Shown in pieces: positions 1 to 7,771 of a DNA stretch of 32,302 bases; the stretch's first letter is position 1; every line of letters begins with the position of its first letter. The position numbers and the translations under genes were made by a program. Location of the stretch: assembly GCA_964574725.1 (NCBI GenBank), contig CAZNOV010000001.1:2971-35272 (forward strand), read 5' to 3'. A model generated the notes under the pieces. It saw only the letters and a list, made by a program, of their open reading frames with translations. It did not search any database and was not told where the DNA came from. Source of the DNA: an uncultured Nitrososphaera sp. (GTDB lineage: Archaea; Thermoproteota; Nitrososphaeria; Nitrososphaerales; Nitrososphaeraceae).

Positions 1-58
1 TTGGTTATGACATGGGCTTCCCAAGCCTATAACCCGGGTTCAAATCCCGGTGACCGCA
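1..58 (+). tRNA. tRNA-Gly(CCC), 5' end truncated by window edge
   Basis: Anticodon arm TGGGC-TTCCCAA-GCCTA (CCC at 20-22), T-arm CCGGG-TTCAAAT-CCCGG, acceptor 3' strand TGACCGC plus discriminator A. CCA is not encoded. Confidence 0.93.
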
Positions 59-164
59 TTCACTATCCCCGCTCAGATTATTATCTTGTCCCCATCAATA
101 GAAGATTATCTGCCGTCTCGGGAATGGCTACTGGCCACACAACTATCAATTCGTGAAAAGTGGA

Positions 165-1181
165 TTAACGGATCCCGCTAGCATTCAACAGCAGCAACGT
201 TACTGCGGAGATAGAAGCGCTGGCAGGTATCGTTATTATCCATGCGTAAACGATTTTCCTTCCTAAACCCCACCTCACTGCAGATAATCTTCTGGTGGAG
301 CCAGTGCCCATTATTGCACCAGAGATAGCATGGGTGGTGCTGACTGGTATCCCAAGCCACGCCATCGATGTCAAGATGGCACCCCCGCCGGTTTCAGCAG
401 CGAATCCTTGATATGGCTTCAAGTTGGTCAGGCGAAACGCCATCGTCTTGACTATTCTCCATCCTCCGAAAAATGTTCCAAGCGATATGGCCATCGCGGC
501 TCCAATTATGACCCATATAGGAACTACAAAACCCTTGGCGTCGAGCAGGCCACCAGCAATCAGCAGAGCCGTGATTACTCCCATCGTCTTCTGCCCATCG
601 TTCGCCCCGTGGGTGAGCGAGAAAAATGCTGAGGAGGCTACCTGCAATCTCCCAAAAATCCTATTTACCTTGGCAGACGTAGATTTGCGGAATGCTATGA
701 GGATGGCAACACTAAACCCAGCTGCTATCGCGAATCCTGCCGATGGTGAAACTACCATGAATATCAGGACTTTCTCGATCCCCGAGAAAATTATTCCTTG
801 GAGGCCACCCGCAATCAGCGCTGAACCAACTAGACCCCCTATTAGGGCATGGCTGCTTGACGAGGGCAGACCGAACCACCAGGTGATGAGGTCCCAGATA
901 ATCGCACCGATGAGTCCCGCGAAAATTACGTACAAAGTTGAAAATTCTGGCTGTATTATCCCCTTGCCCACGGTCGCCGCCACTGCAGTGCCGAAGACAA
1001 ACGGCCCGGCAAAGTTGGCCGTTGCGGCAATTGAGACCGCCTGCAGGGGACGCAGAACGCGAGTTCCCACCACTGTTGCTATTGAATTTGCTGCATCATG
1101 AAAGCCATTCACAAAATCAAAGAAAAGGGCGGCGGCAATTGCCCCGTATACGACTAGTAACGCCCCTTCTGCTTCCACCAA
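165..1181 (-). CDS. pit: PiT/PHO4 family inorganic phosphate transporter
   Basis: Both PiT signature motifs (NGFHDAANSIAT and HGANDGQK), PSSSSHALIG and PVSTTH; multiple TM segments; TTG start. Confidence 0.95.
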   Translation of the reverse strand: MVEAEGALLVVYGAIAAALFFDFVNGFHDAANSIATVVGTRVLRPLQAVSIAATANFAGPFVFGTAVAATVGKGIIQPEFSTLYVIFAGLIGAIIWDLITWWFGLPSSSSHALIGGLVGSALIAGGLQGIIFSGIEKVLIFMVVSPSAGFAIAAGFSVAILIAFRKSTSAKVNRIFGRLQVASSAFFSLTHGANDGQKTMGVITALLIAGGLLDAKGFVVPIWVIIGAAMAISLGTFFGGWRIVKTMAFRLTNLKPYQGFAAETGGGAILTSMAWLGIPVSTTHAISGAIMGTGSTRRLSAVRWGLGRKIVYAWIITIPASASISAVTLLLLNASGIR

Positions 1182-1242
1182 ATTCAGTCAACCGGATATC
1201 ATGAGGCGAGATTCGGTCCAATCTGCACCACTCTTAACCGAC

Positions 1243-1449
1243 TCACCCTCGGTGAATATTCTTGACGCACTGGTCGCAGCACCGCGTTAGAAACACGACC
1301 TCTTTAAGGCCCTGCACAAAGACATCATGCGAAGCTTCTGCCGTCTTGCAGATGTCGCATATAATCACTTTAAGGCTCTTGATCGAGTCGGAAATCGGAT
1401 TCACGCTTACTATCTGATGATTGGTAAACGCCGATATCGGTACTCCCAT
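1243..1449 (-). CDS. small putative Zn-finger protein (68 aa)
   Basis: CDIC...RCCDQC Cys pairs; fills the gap between pit and DUF47. Start taken at ATG 1449 (ORF track start 1479). Confidence 0.55.
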   Translation of the reverse strand: MGVPISAFTNHQIVSVNPISDSIKSLKVIICDICKTAEASHDVFVQGLKEVVFLTRCCDQCVKNIHRG

Positions 1450-1487
1450 AGTGGGAGTGTTTTGCAACTGCCATATCAATACTTCCT

Positions 1488-1509
1488 ATATATTCTATAT
1501 AGAATATAT
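1488..1509. promoter_or_regulatory. perfect 22-bp palindrome ATATATTCTATATAGAATATAT in divergent promoter region (candidate operator or bidirectional TATA)
   Basis: 11/11 dyad symmetry read directly; lies between the divergent pit-side and DUF47 transcription units. Confidence 0.55.
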
Positions 1510-1588
1510 GTAATCCAACATTGCGCAGCTCTGCAGGGCAATGAGTGTATTCATATACTCAAGCCCTCCATGCTAGGATGAATTCCAA

Positions 1589-2224
1589 TTGAGACAAGGG
1601 TTCATGTCGTGGATTCGATCCAACGAGAATGAAATAATCAGCCTGCTGGAACTCCAGGGAGAAGTCCTGATCAAGTCAGTCAACACACTAGTTGAACTAA
1701 TGAATGATTACAGCAAGCTTTATGAATCAAGCACGAAAATAGAGGATCTCGAGCACGAAGGAGACAAGATTACTCATGACGTCTACACTCTCAATGACAA
1801 AACATTTGTGACTCCGTTGGACAAGGAAGACATATCTGCTCTTGCAGGTGAAATCGATCAGGTAATAGACTATGCCGATCGATTTGTCGGAACTCTAATA
1901 CTTTTTGACATCAAGGAGCGCACGGTGTACATGGCGGAGCTGGCAAAAATGCTTCTGTCGTCCTCACAAGAGATTTACTTTCTGGTAAAGAAACTGCGAG
2001 GCTTCAAGAATTCTGATGAGCTAATCGAGCACTGTCATAACATAAGTCAGTACGAACACGAAGCAGACGTCATCTTTAGGACAGCAATTGCGGAACTATT
2101 CAAGACAAACGATGCTATTCACATAATCAAGATGAAAGAAGTCTATGAGATACTTGAAGGCGCTCACGATAGGTGCGCAGACGTCGCGGACATATTCGAA
2201 GACATTGCTCTGAAATATGGCTAA
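1589..2224 (+). CDS. DUF47 family (PhoU-like) phosphate transport regulator
   Basis: LEHEGDKI, TFVTPLDKED, YEHEAD and IKMKEVYEILE..HDRC.DVAD motifs; near pit. Confidence 0.92.
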   Translation: MRQGFMSWIRSNENEIISLLELQGEVLIKSVNTLVELMNDYSKLYESSTKIEDLEHEGDKITHDVYTLNDKTFVTPLDKEDISALAGEIDQVIDYADRFVGTLILFDIKERTVYMAELAKMLLSSSQEIYFLVKKLRGFKNSDELIEHCHNISQYEHEADVIFRTAIAELFKTNDAIHIIKMKEVYEILEGAHDRCADVADIFEDIALKYG

Positions 2225-2233
2225 TCTATAGAA

Positions 2234-2956
2234 TCATCTGAGCGAGAAGCTTCTTCCCGTCCTAAATGCAATTGTTCTTGCCGAAGACCTGTCCCGTGCG
2301 CCCCTGCGATTCGCGTCAGCGTTTCGAGATGTCCCGTGCTCGTTCACTATCTCGATTCGCACGCTATCGCGGAACCTGGCCTTGAGCATCTTGGCGATCT
2401 CAGCGGTCATCCTGATCCCGCCGTCACCTATCCTAACAATCCTATTCTTGGAAGCTATTCCACCCAGCAGGGCAGACACCTGTTCTACGGCGTCATGCAC
2501 TGAAGACTCTACTATGCTTGAAATCTCTTGGTTCAGATAGATCACAGATATCCCAATCCTGCTGCCCGGGTCAATTCCGATAATCAGCTGATCGTCAGCA
2601 TCCGGACCGGCTATAGTTCGCAAAATTCTTGCCTTCGAGATCGCAGGGTATTTTTCAAGCTCGGTGTCCAGAAATGTCATCACCCTCTTGTTTACCATGC
2701 CCGCTTCGTTTCGTGTCGTGATAATTACCCGGGCGTTTGATTCCGCGGCCTCTGCTGGTGAAATTGAATCAAACTGGATATCCATCAGCTTCAGGGCTTT
2801 GATAATGTTGTAATAAGACCTACCATCTACAGTGGCTACTGCGACCCTGCGGTGTTGCAGTACCTCCTCGGTCAGGGGTGCCCCATCAACAATTAGAATT
2901 TGTCTGGAATCCGTTTTTAAAGCTTCTGCTTCAACTTGCTGGCTTCTCTTCGGCAT
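2234..2956 (-). CDS. conserved protein with C-terminal RNase H-like (YqgF/RuvX-type) domain
   Basis: IIGIDPG, IVRIGDG, IVNEHGTS and D..SA..IA motifs. Start moved to ATG 2956 to reduce overlap with the upstream gene. Confidence 0.72.
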   Translation of the reverse strand: MPKRSQQVEAEALKTDSRQILIVDGAPLTEEVLQHRRVAVATVDGRSYYNIIKALKLMDIQFDSISPAEAAESNARVIITTRNEAGMVNKRVMTFLDTELEKYPAISKARILRTIAGPDADDQLIIGIDPGSRIGISVIYLNQEISSIVESSVHDAVEQVSALLGGIASKNRIVRIGDGGIRMTAEIAKMLKARFRDSVRIEIVNEHGTSRNADANRRGARDRSSARTIAFRTGRSFSLR

Positions 2957-3377
2957 GCCTTCTTGTCCTTGTCGCTTTTGCCTCTGCTTTTTGTTCCTGA
3001 AGAGGCGCAGTATCGCCCAAGACTGTCCTGACAATATTGTCCACTGCCTTGTCAAAGTATGAATCGACGTTCTTCTTTATCACTGCCAGACTCTTTTCAG
3101 CCTGCTTCGCGATTTCTGCTGACTCTGCGTTGGCTTCAGACTTGGCCTTGTCGACGATAACTCTTGCTTCTTCATTGGCCAGCACTGTTATCTGCTGCTT
3201 CAGCTTTTCTATCTCCTCGTTTGAATGTGCTATTATGCGCTTCTTCATTTCATCTACCTTTGCGTACAGACTGTCGATATCGGTCTCGAGCTCGGACAAG
3301 GCTCCCACAATACTTTCAACCGCAGAATTTGAAGTTGGTGGAGGAAGATTGGCTGTAGTAGTTTTGTCCTTAGCCAA
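2931..3377 (-). CDS. coiled-coil protein, possibly A/V-type ATPase peripheral stalk subunit H/G-like
   Basis: Ala/Glu/Lys-rich heptad pattern and C-terminal FDKAVDNIVRTVLG. The function is inferred. Confidence 0.55.
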   Translation of the reverse strand: MAKDKTTTANLPPPTSNSAVESIVGALSELETDIDSLYAKVDEMKKRIIAHSNEEIEKLKQQITVLANEEARVIVDKAKSEANAESAEIAKQAEKSLAVIKKNVDSYFDKAVDNIVRTVLGDTAPLQEQKAEAKATRTRRHAEEKPAS

Positions 3378-3424
3378 ACCAGTAGAAATGGAAGGACAGG
3401 GATATTTAAAGCAAGACGCAGCGG

Positions 3425-3763
3425 CTAGCCGGTTGTGAGGTTCAGGATCGCCTGAGCCATGTCACCTTTGGTCTCTGTTAGAGCCTGTACCGCCTTTTCC
3501 TTCGAAACGCCGGCTTGCTGCATGACGAGGATGATGTCCTCTTCCTTGAACGAGGGAACTTCGCGCTGCTTTTCTTCAATGTCAGTCGCGACTACCTGAA
3601 ATATCGTGTTGTCTTTGCCCTTCATTTCGATTATCTGCGGCTTGATCAGATACAGTTCCTTTCTGTCCGTCCTGATTATGACCTCTTCCACGTTGTCCAT
3701 CGGCTTCATGTCGAGGCCCATCTTGTCCAGCATGCGCCTCATTTCGCGGTTGCCCCGCATCAT
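3425..3763 (-). CDS. nac: archaeal nascent polypeptide-associated complex protein
   Basis: MRRMLDKMGLDM..VEEVII NAC domain plus C-terminal UBA-like domain (EEDI.LV.QQAGVS.E.A..AL....GD.A.AI). Confidence 0.95.
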   Translation of the reverse strand: MMRGNREMRRMLDKMGLDMKPMDNVEEVIIRTDRKELYLIKPQIIEMKGKDNTIFQVVATDIEEKQREVPSFKEEDIILVMQQAGVSKEKAVQALTETKGDMAQAILNLTTG

Positions 3764-4254
3764 ATAATCTCGAGCTGCTCGGTTCTACCTTTTATTCCTT
3801 GTCGCACCTTTACTGCTACACCCCGGCTGAATCGGTTCATCAGCTCCGATGCCAGCAGTGATACGCCAACCGCGATCACCTTGTCGCCGTCGATTATGGC
3901 AACGTCAGACCCGGCTTTTACGTTTGATCCGCAGCGCTCGACGTGCCTGCAGAATAGCGAGCGCCCCTCACTAACGAACGGAAGAGCCTCCTCCTTTGGG
4001 AGAACACAGTTTTCCCTAAATTTCTCACTGTTTCCAACAAGGTATTGAGCCCCGAACAAAGTCAGGGCAATGCCGCCGTCCGTGCGCAGCGTCGCAAAGA
4101 GCTTGCCCCCAACGCTAAAGTTCTTTATTCTCCCTGTTCTCCTTGAATACTCAAATTCGATCTTTGGGGGCAAGGAATCCGACACTCCGGCCCCGAACAG
4201 CGCATCAAGATGCCGGGATACTTTCTCTCGCGGGTCAATGGGCAGCGGGTTCAA
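3760..4254 (-). CDS. PUA-domain RNA-binding protein (resembles C-terminal domains of archaeosine tRNA-guanine transglycosylase)
   Basis: SRRTGRIK, ATLRTDG, FV.EGRSLF and G.AVKVRQG motifs. TTG start at 4254 lies about 25 nt from a TTTATA box (ORF track start 4308). Confidence 0.82.
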   Translation of the reverse strand: MNPLPIDPREKVSRHLDALFGAGVSDSLPPKIEFEYSRRTGRIKNFSVGGKLFATLRTDGGIALTLFGAQYLVGNSEKFRENCVLPKEEALPFVSEGRSLFCRHVERCGSNVKAGSDVAIIDGDKVIAVGVSLLASELMNRFSRGVAVKVRQGIKGRTEQLEII

Positions 4255-4359
4255 GTGGGCAGATCGGGTTTTACATTCTATAAAGATATTGACCCTGCCG
4301 CACAGCATCTATATAGTTAGGGGATACGGATATATAGAATCACAAAAATCCATTATTTT

Positions 4360-5445
4360 ATGGAAAATGTCCATCTCTCCGGCGAGCGTAATGCCAAGGA
4401 CCTTCAGCAGAAGGAGGAGACCAGAAAACTCCAGTATACCGGCGGATCCTCCTACATTGTTTCACTTCCAAAGAAATGGGTCCAGGATCTGGGGCTAAAA
4501 CAGGGTGACCATGTAGTGATAATGCGTCAAGGTAATTCCGACCTACAGATTGCACCAGCCTCAAAGAGGATCGGCAAAGAGCAGCGAGAGGCGACGATCG
4601 AGGTGGCCAAAGACAACAATCCCTATTTCATTGCCCGCAAGCTCATTGCCCTGTATTTCATGGGATACAATGTCATTACCATTGTGCCCAAGGAAGATAG
4701 GTTGTTGGTAGAGCAGAGGGAGGTCATCAAGAACATTGTGAGGAGGGTTCTGATGGGTACCGAGATCATCGCGGACTCTGCCACAGGCATCACCCTTCAG
4801 GTTCTCATAAATCTGCTCGACCTCTCTGTCGATGCTGCATTCAAGAGAATGCTGATCATAGCCAAGTCAATGTACCGCGACGTCCTTCTTGCTCTGAGAG
4901 AAAACAACCTTGAACTCGCCCAAGAGGTTATCAGGTCAGACGACGAGGTGGACAGATTCAGCTTTTACATCGTCAGACAGCTAAAGATAGCGATCAAGAA
5001 CGATCACCTCCTCAGAGAAATAGGCCTTGAAGAACCTCGCAACTGCCTTGGATACAGGCTGATAGCAAAATCTGTCGAGCGGGTAGCGGACCATGCCACG
5101 ATAATTGCGAGGGACATCATCGACATGCACCGCCCTCTTAACAAGGACGTAGTTGACAGAATATCGAACATGTGCTCCTTTGGACTTGAAGTGCTTGACG
5201 ACGCGTGCCTGTCAATGTTCAAGCGCGACTACGAAGCGGCTGACAGGGCGATCGAAAAGGCACGCAAGGTGGACGAAATGGAAAAGGCATTACTACGGTC
5301 CGTGTCAAAGCCCCGCGATACCAGCGAGCTTTATAGGATCAAGTTGATTACCGAGAACATCAGGCGGGTCCCGGAATATGCCAGTGACATTGCCGAAATA
5401 GTTCTCAACATGACTGTCCAGCAGACGCTCCGAAGAAAAGATTAA
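4360..5445 (+). CDS. phoU: phosphate uptake regulator: N-terminal AbrB/SpoVT DNA-binding domain plus two PhoU domains
   Basis: RKLQYTGGSSYIVSLPKKW (AbrB-like); DDEVDRF, ERVADHA and ENIRRV.EY..DIAE PhoU repeats. Confidence 0.93.
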   Translation: MENVHLSGERNAKDLQQKEETRKLQYTGGSSYIVSLPKKWVQDLGLKQGDHVVIMRQGNSDLQIAPASKRIGKEQREATIEVAKDNNPYFIARKLIALYFMGYNVITIVPKEDRLLVEQREVIKNIVRRVLMGTEIIADSATGITLQVLINLLDLSVDAAFKRMLIIAKSMYRDVLLALRENNLELAQEVIRSDDEVDRFSFYIVRQLKIAIKNDHLLREIGLEEPRNCLGYRLIAKSVERVADHATIIARDIIDMHRPLNKDVVDRISNMCSFGLEVLDDACLSMFKRDYEAADRAIEKARKVDEMEKALLRSVSKPRDTSELYRIKLITENIRRVPEYASDIAEIVLNMTVQQTLRRKD

Positions 5446-5472
5446 TTCCGCCCGGGGGAACTCTGAATTCCG

Positions 5473-5886
5473 ATGTTGTACTGCGAGCTCTGTGGACGCG
5501 AAAGTGCCGAGCAGAAAAAGGTGCTCGTTGACGGCACGGTGTTTAGCGTATGCATGACATGCTCAAGGCTCTGCAAGCCATACGTTCCTGTGCAGGTGCC
5601 CGCGAAGAGGAGGAAACCGTCGTTTGTACGTAGGGAGAACAAGATCGCCATGAGTGACTCGCTAATGATCGATCCCGACTTTGCAAAGCTGTTAAGAGAG
5701 GCAAGGATGAGGGCAGGCTTGACCCACGAGCAGCTGGGAATGAAGATGAACGAGAAAGCTCAGCTACTGAAAAAGTTTGAATCGGGCGCGCTCAAGCCTG
5801 ATGAACTGATGGCAAAAAAGCTAGAGCGCTTCCTCGGAATCAAGCTATACGTCAAATTTGAAGAAAGTGCGGACGATGAACGCTAG
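5473..5886 (+). CDS. mbf1: archaeal multiprotein bridging factor aMBF1 (Zn ribbon plus HTH)
   Basis: CELCG...VCMTC Zn ribbon; REARMRAGLTHEQLG...KFESG.LKP HTH. Confidence 0.92.
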   Translation: MLYCELCGRESAEQKKVLVDGTVFSVCMTCSRLCKPYVPVQVPAKRRKPSFVRRENKIAMSDSLMIDPDFAKLLREARMRAGLTHEQLGMKMNEKAQLLKKFESGALKPDELMAKKLERFLGIKLYVKFEESADDER

Positions 5887-7029
5887 ATGGATACTTCGCG
5901 CCGGAAAGCCATTCTGATTACCTACCCGGTGGAGCAGTCGATAAAGGAAGCGATGTCACTTGCAGAGGCTGCCGGTTATACAATCGTTAGGACGGTGACA
6001 CAGCGTCAGATAACTAGGTCACGGTTCGGTATTGGACGTGGCAAGGCCGAGGAGGTCAAGGAGCTGGTCGAGGAGTTGATGCCCGAAGTCATAATCTTCG
6101 ACGAAGTCCTCAAGCCAAGCCAGATGTACAATCTTGCCAGCACCTGCAAGCTAGAGATTATCGACAGGGAACGCCTGATACTTGGGATTTTCGAAAGGAG
6201 GGCCAGCACTGCCGAGTCAAGGATACAGATCAGGCTCGCGCAGCTTCGCTACGACCTGACCCGTGCGCGCGAAAAAGTCAGGCTTGCAAAGGTTGGCGAG
6301 CAGCCTGGATTCTTTGGCCTTGGCAAGTACGAGGCCGATGTATATTTCCTTGACATCAAGAGGCACATCGCGATTCTCAAGCAGAAACTGGAGAAGGAGG
6401 AGAAAAGGAGGCAGCTCTACAGACGGCAACGGGCAAAGTCCGGGCTCCCGACGGTCTCGCTCGCCGGATACACTTCGGCGGGCAAGACAACGCTCTTTAA
6501 CGCACTTACAGGCGAGACCAAGGTCACCGGGCAAGGGCTTTTCACGACATTGTCCACGTTTACCCGCGCCATAGATCTAGGTGGCGATAAGGTCCTGCTA
6601 AATGACACTGTGGGCTTTATCAGCAAGCTTCCAGCGTACATGATTGACGCGTTCAAGTCCACGCTTGATGAGCTCAGATACGCAAGCCTTGTGCTGCTGG
6701 TGGTCGACATTAGCGAGCCCATAGAAGAGATCAGGACAAAATACGCGAGTTCGCTTGATGTGATAAACGAGTTTGAGGTGCCCGCCACAAAGATCCTCTA
6801 CATCCTGAACAAGGTGGACCTTACTAGCACAGAAGACGCATTCGAGAAGGCAGGCCAGCTTGGCATCCTTGGCACAAAGCGCGTCCTGCCTGTATCCGCA
6901 AAGACGTGTCACAGCATCAGGCAGCTGAAAGTCATGATACAGTCGCTGCTGCTCGAGCGTGAAAAGGCCGTGACCCAGCCGAAGAAAGGACGCAGCGAAC
7001 TGCTGACAACAGAGGAAAGCACTCCATGA
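5887..7029 (+). CDS. hflX: ribosome-associated GTPase HflX
   Basis: GRGKAEE, IDRERLIL.IF..RA, GYTSAGKTT (G1), FTTL (G2), DTVGFI (G3), NKVD (G4), VSAK (G5). Confidence 0.96.
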   Translation: MDTSRRKAILITYPVEQSIKEAMSLAEAAGYTIVRTVTQRQITRSRFGIGRGKAEEVKELVEELMPEVIIFDEVLKPSQMYNLASTCKLEIIDRERLILGIFERRASTAESRIQIRLAQLRYDLTRAREKVRLAKVGEQPGFFGLGKYEADVYFLDIKRHIAILKQKLEKEEKRRQLYRRQRAKSGLPTVSLAGYTSAGKTTLFNALTGETKVTGQGLFTTLSTFTRAIDLGGDKVLLNDTVGFISKLPAYMIDAFKSTLDELRYASLVLLVVDISEPIEEIRTKYASSLDVINEFEVPATKILYILNKVDLTSTEDAFEKAGQLGILGTKRVLPVSAKTCHSIRQLKVMIQSLLLEREKAVTQPKKGRSELLTTEESTP

Positions 7030-7553
7030 GAGTCTCCGTCCTCAGAATAGGCCACAGGCTTGCCCGCGACGACAGGGTGACTACTCATGCCGCGCTCGTC
7101 GCAAGGGCATTTGGCGCAGAAATGATATACATGACAGGTATCGACCAGTCCGTGGCCGAAACGGTTGCCAGCGTAGCAAGAAGATGGGGCGGAGCAAATT
7201 TCAGAGTCGAATTGATAGACGACTGGAAAGCTCTGGCGAAAAGGTGGAAGAAGCAAGGCGGCAAAATAGCGCACCTCACTATGTACGGCATCAACATCGA
7301 TGAGTCGGTGCGATCGCTTCGCAAGGAACGCGATCTGCTCGTGATCATAGGAGCTGAAAAAGTTCCCCGGGAGGCGTATGAGCTTGCAGACTATAACATC
7401 GCCGTCGGCAACCAGCCCCACTCTGAAATAGCTGCTCTTGCAATTTTTCTTGACAGGATCTTCAGTGGCGCGCAGCTCAAAAAGGAATTTCCCGGTGGGA
7501 GGCTGCAGATAATTCCGACAGAAAAAGGAAAGCAGGTCAAGGAGAGCGAGTAA
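7026..7553 (+). CDS. trm56: tRNA (cytidine(56)-2'-O)-methyltransferase
   Basis: LRIGHR..RDDRVTTH..LVARAFGA, HLTMYG, GAEKVP and GNQPHSEIAA motifs. Confidence 0.96.
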   Translation: MRVSVLRIGHRLARDDRVTTHAALVARAFGAEMIYMTGIDQSVAETVASVARRWGGANFRVELIDDWKALAKRWKKQGGKIAHLTMYGINIDESVRSLRKERDLLVIIGAEKVPREAYELADYNIAVGNQPHSEIAALAIFLDRIFSGAQLKKEFPGGRLQIIPTEKGKQVKESE

Positions 7554-7584
7554 TCTTTTTAATTGCGGTGCATGGAGCTTCAAG

Positions 7585-7652
7585 ACAGTGATGACACTAA
7601 CCTGCGCCGATCGCCTATTCAGCGAGATGAGGAGATGCACCTCGACTGACAC
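7585..7652 (+). ncRNA. box C/D methylation-guide sRNA (candidate)
   Basis: C box GTGATGA 7588-7594, 12-nt guide, D' CCGA 7607-7610, small hairpin TCGC/GCGA, C' AGATGA 7625-7630, 15-nt guide, D CTGA 7646-7649. TTTAAT box about 25 nt upstream; T-tract at 7679-7684. Confidence 0.75.
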
Positions 7653-7771
7653 CAACACAGTTACAGGGTGCACCCCAATTTTTTAGGCGTCATCACTATT
7701 GATTTTTACCACCACAGCTGGTATGAACTGTAGCGAAATTTTATATCAGTGAGCTACGATGACGCCATACT

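Noticed and set aside
59-164. Possible minus-strand C/D sRNA or att site downstream of tRNA-Gly
   Set aside because: C-like boxes are degenerate (TTGATAG, TTGATGG) with poor spacing. I saw no duplicate of the tRNA 3' end and no integrase in the window.
5884-5889. mbf1 TAG directly followed in frame by hflX ATG (possible read-through or amber recoding)
   Set aside because: Both proteins are complete and hflX has a proper ATG. Many genes here end normally at TAG, so there is no sign of recoding.
6909-7673. 254-aa minus-strand ORF
   Set aside because: Antisense shadow of trm56/hflX and the C/D sRNA; no recognisable motifs.
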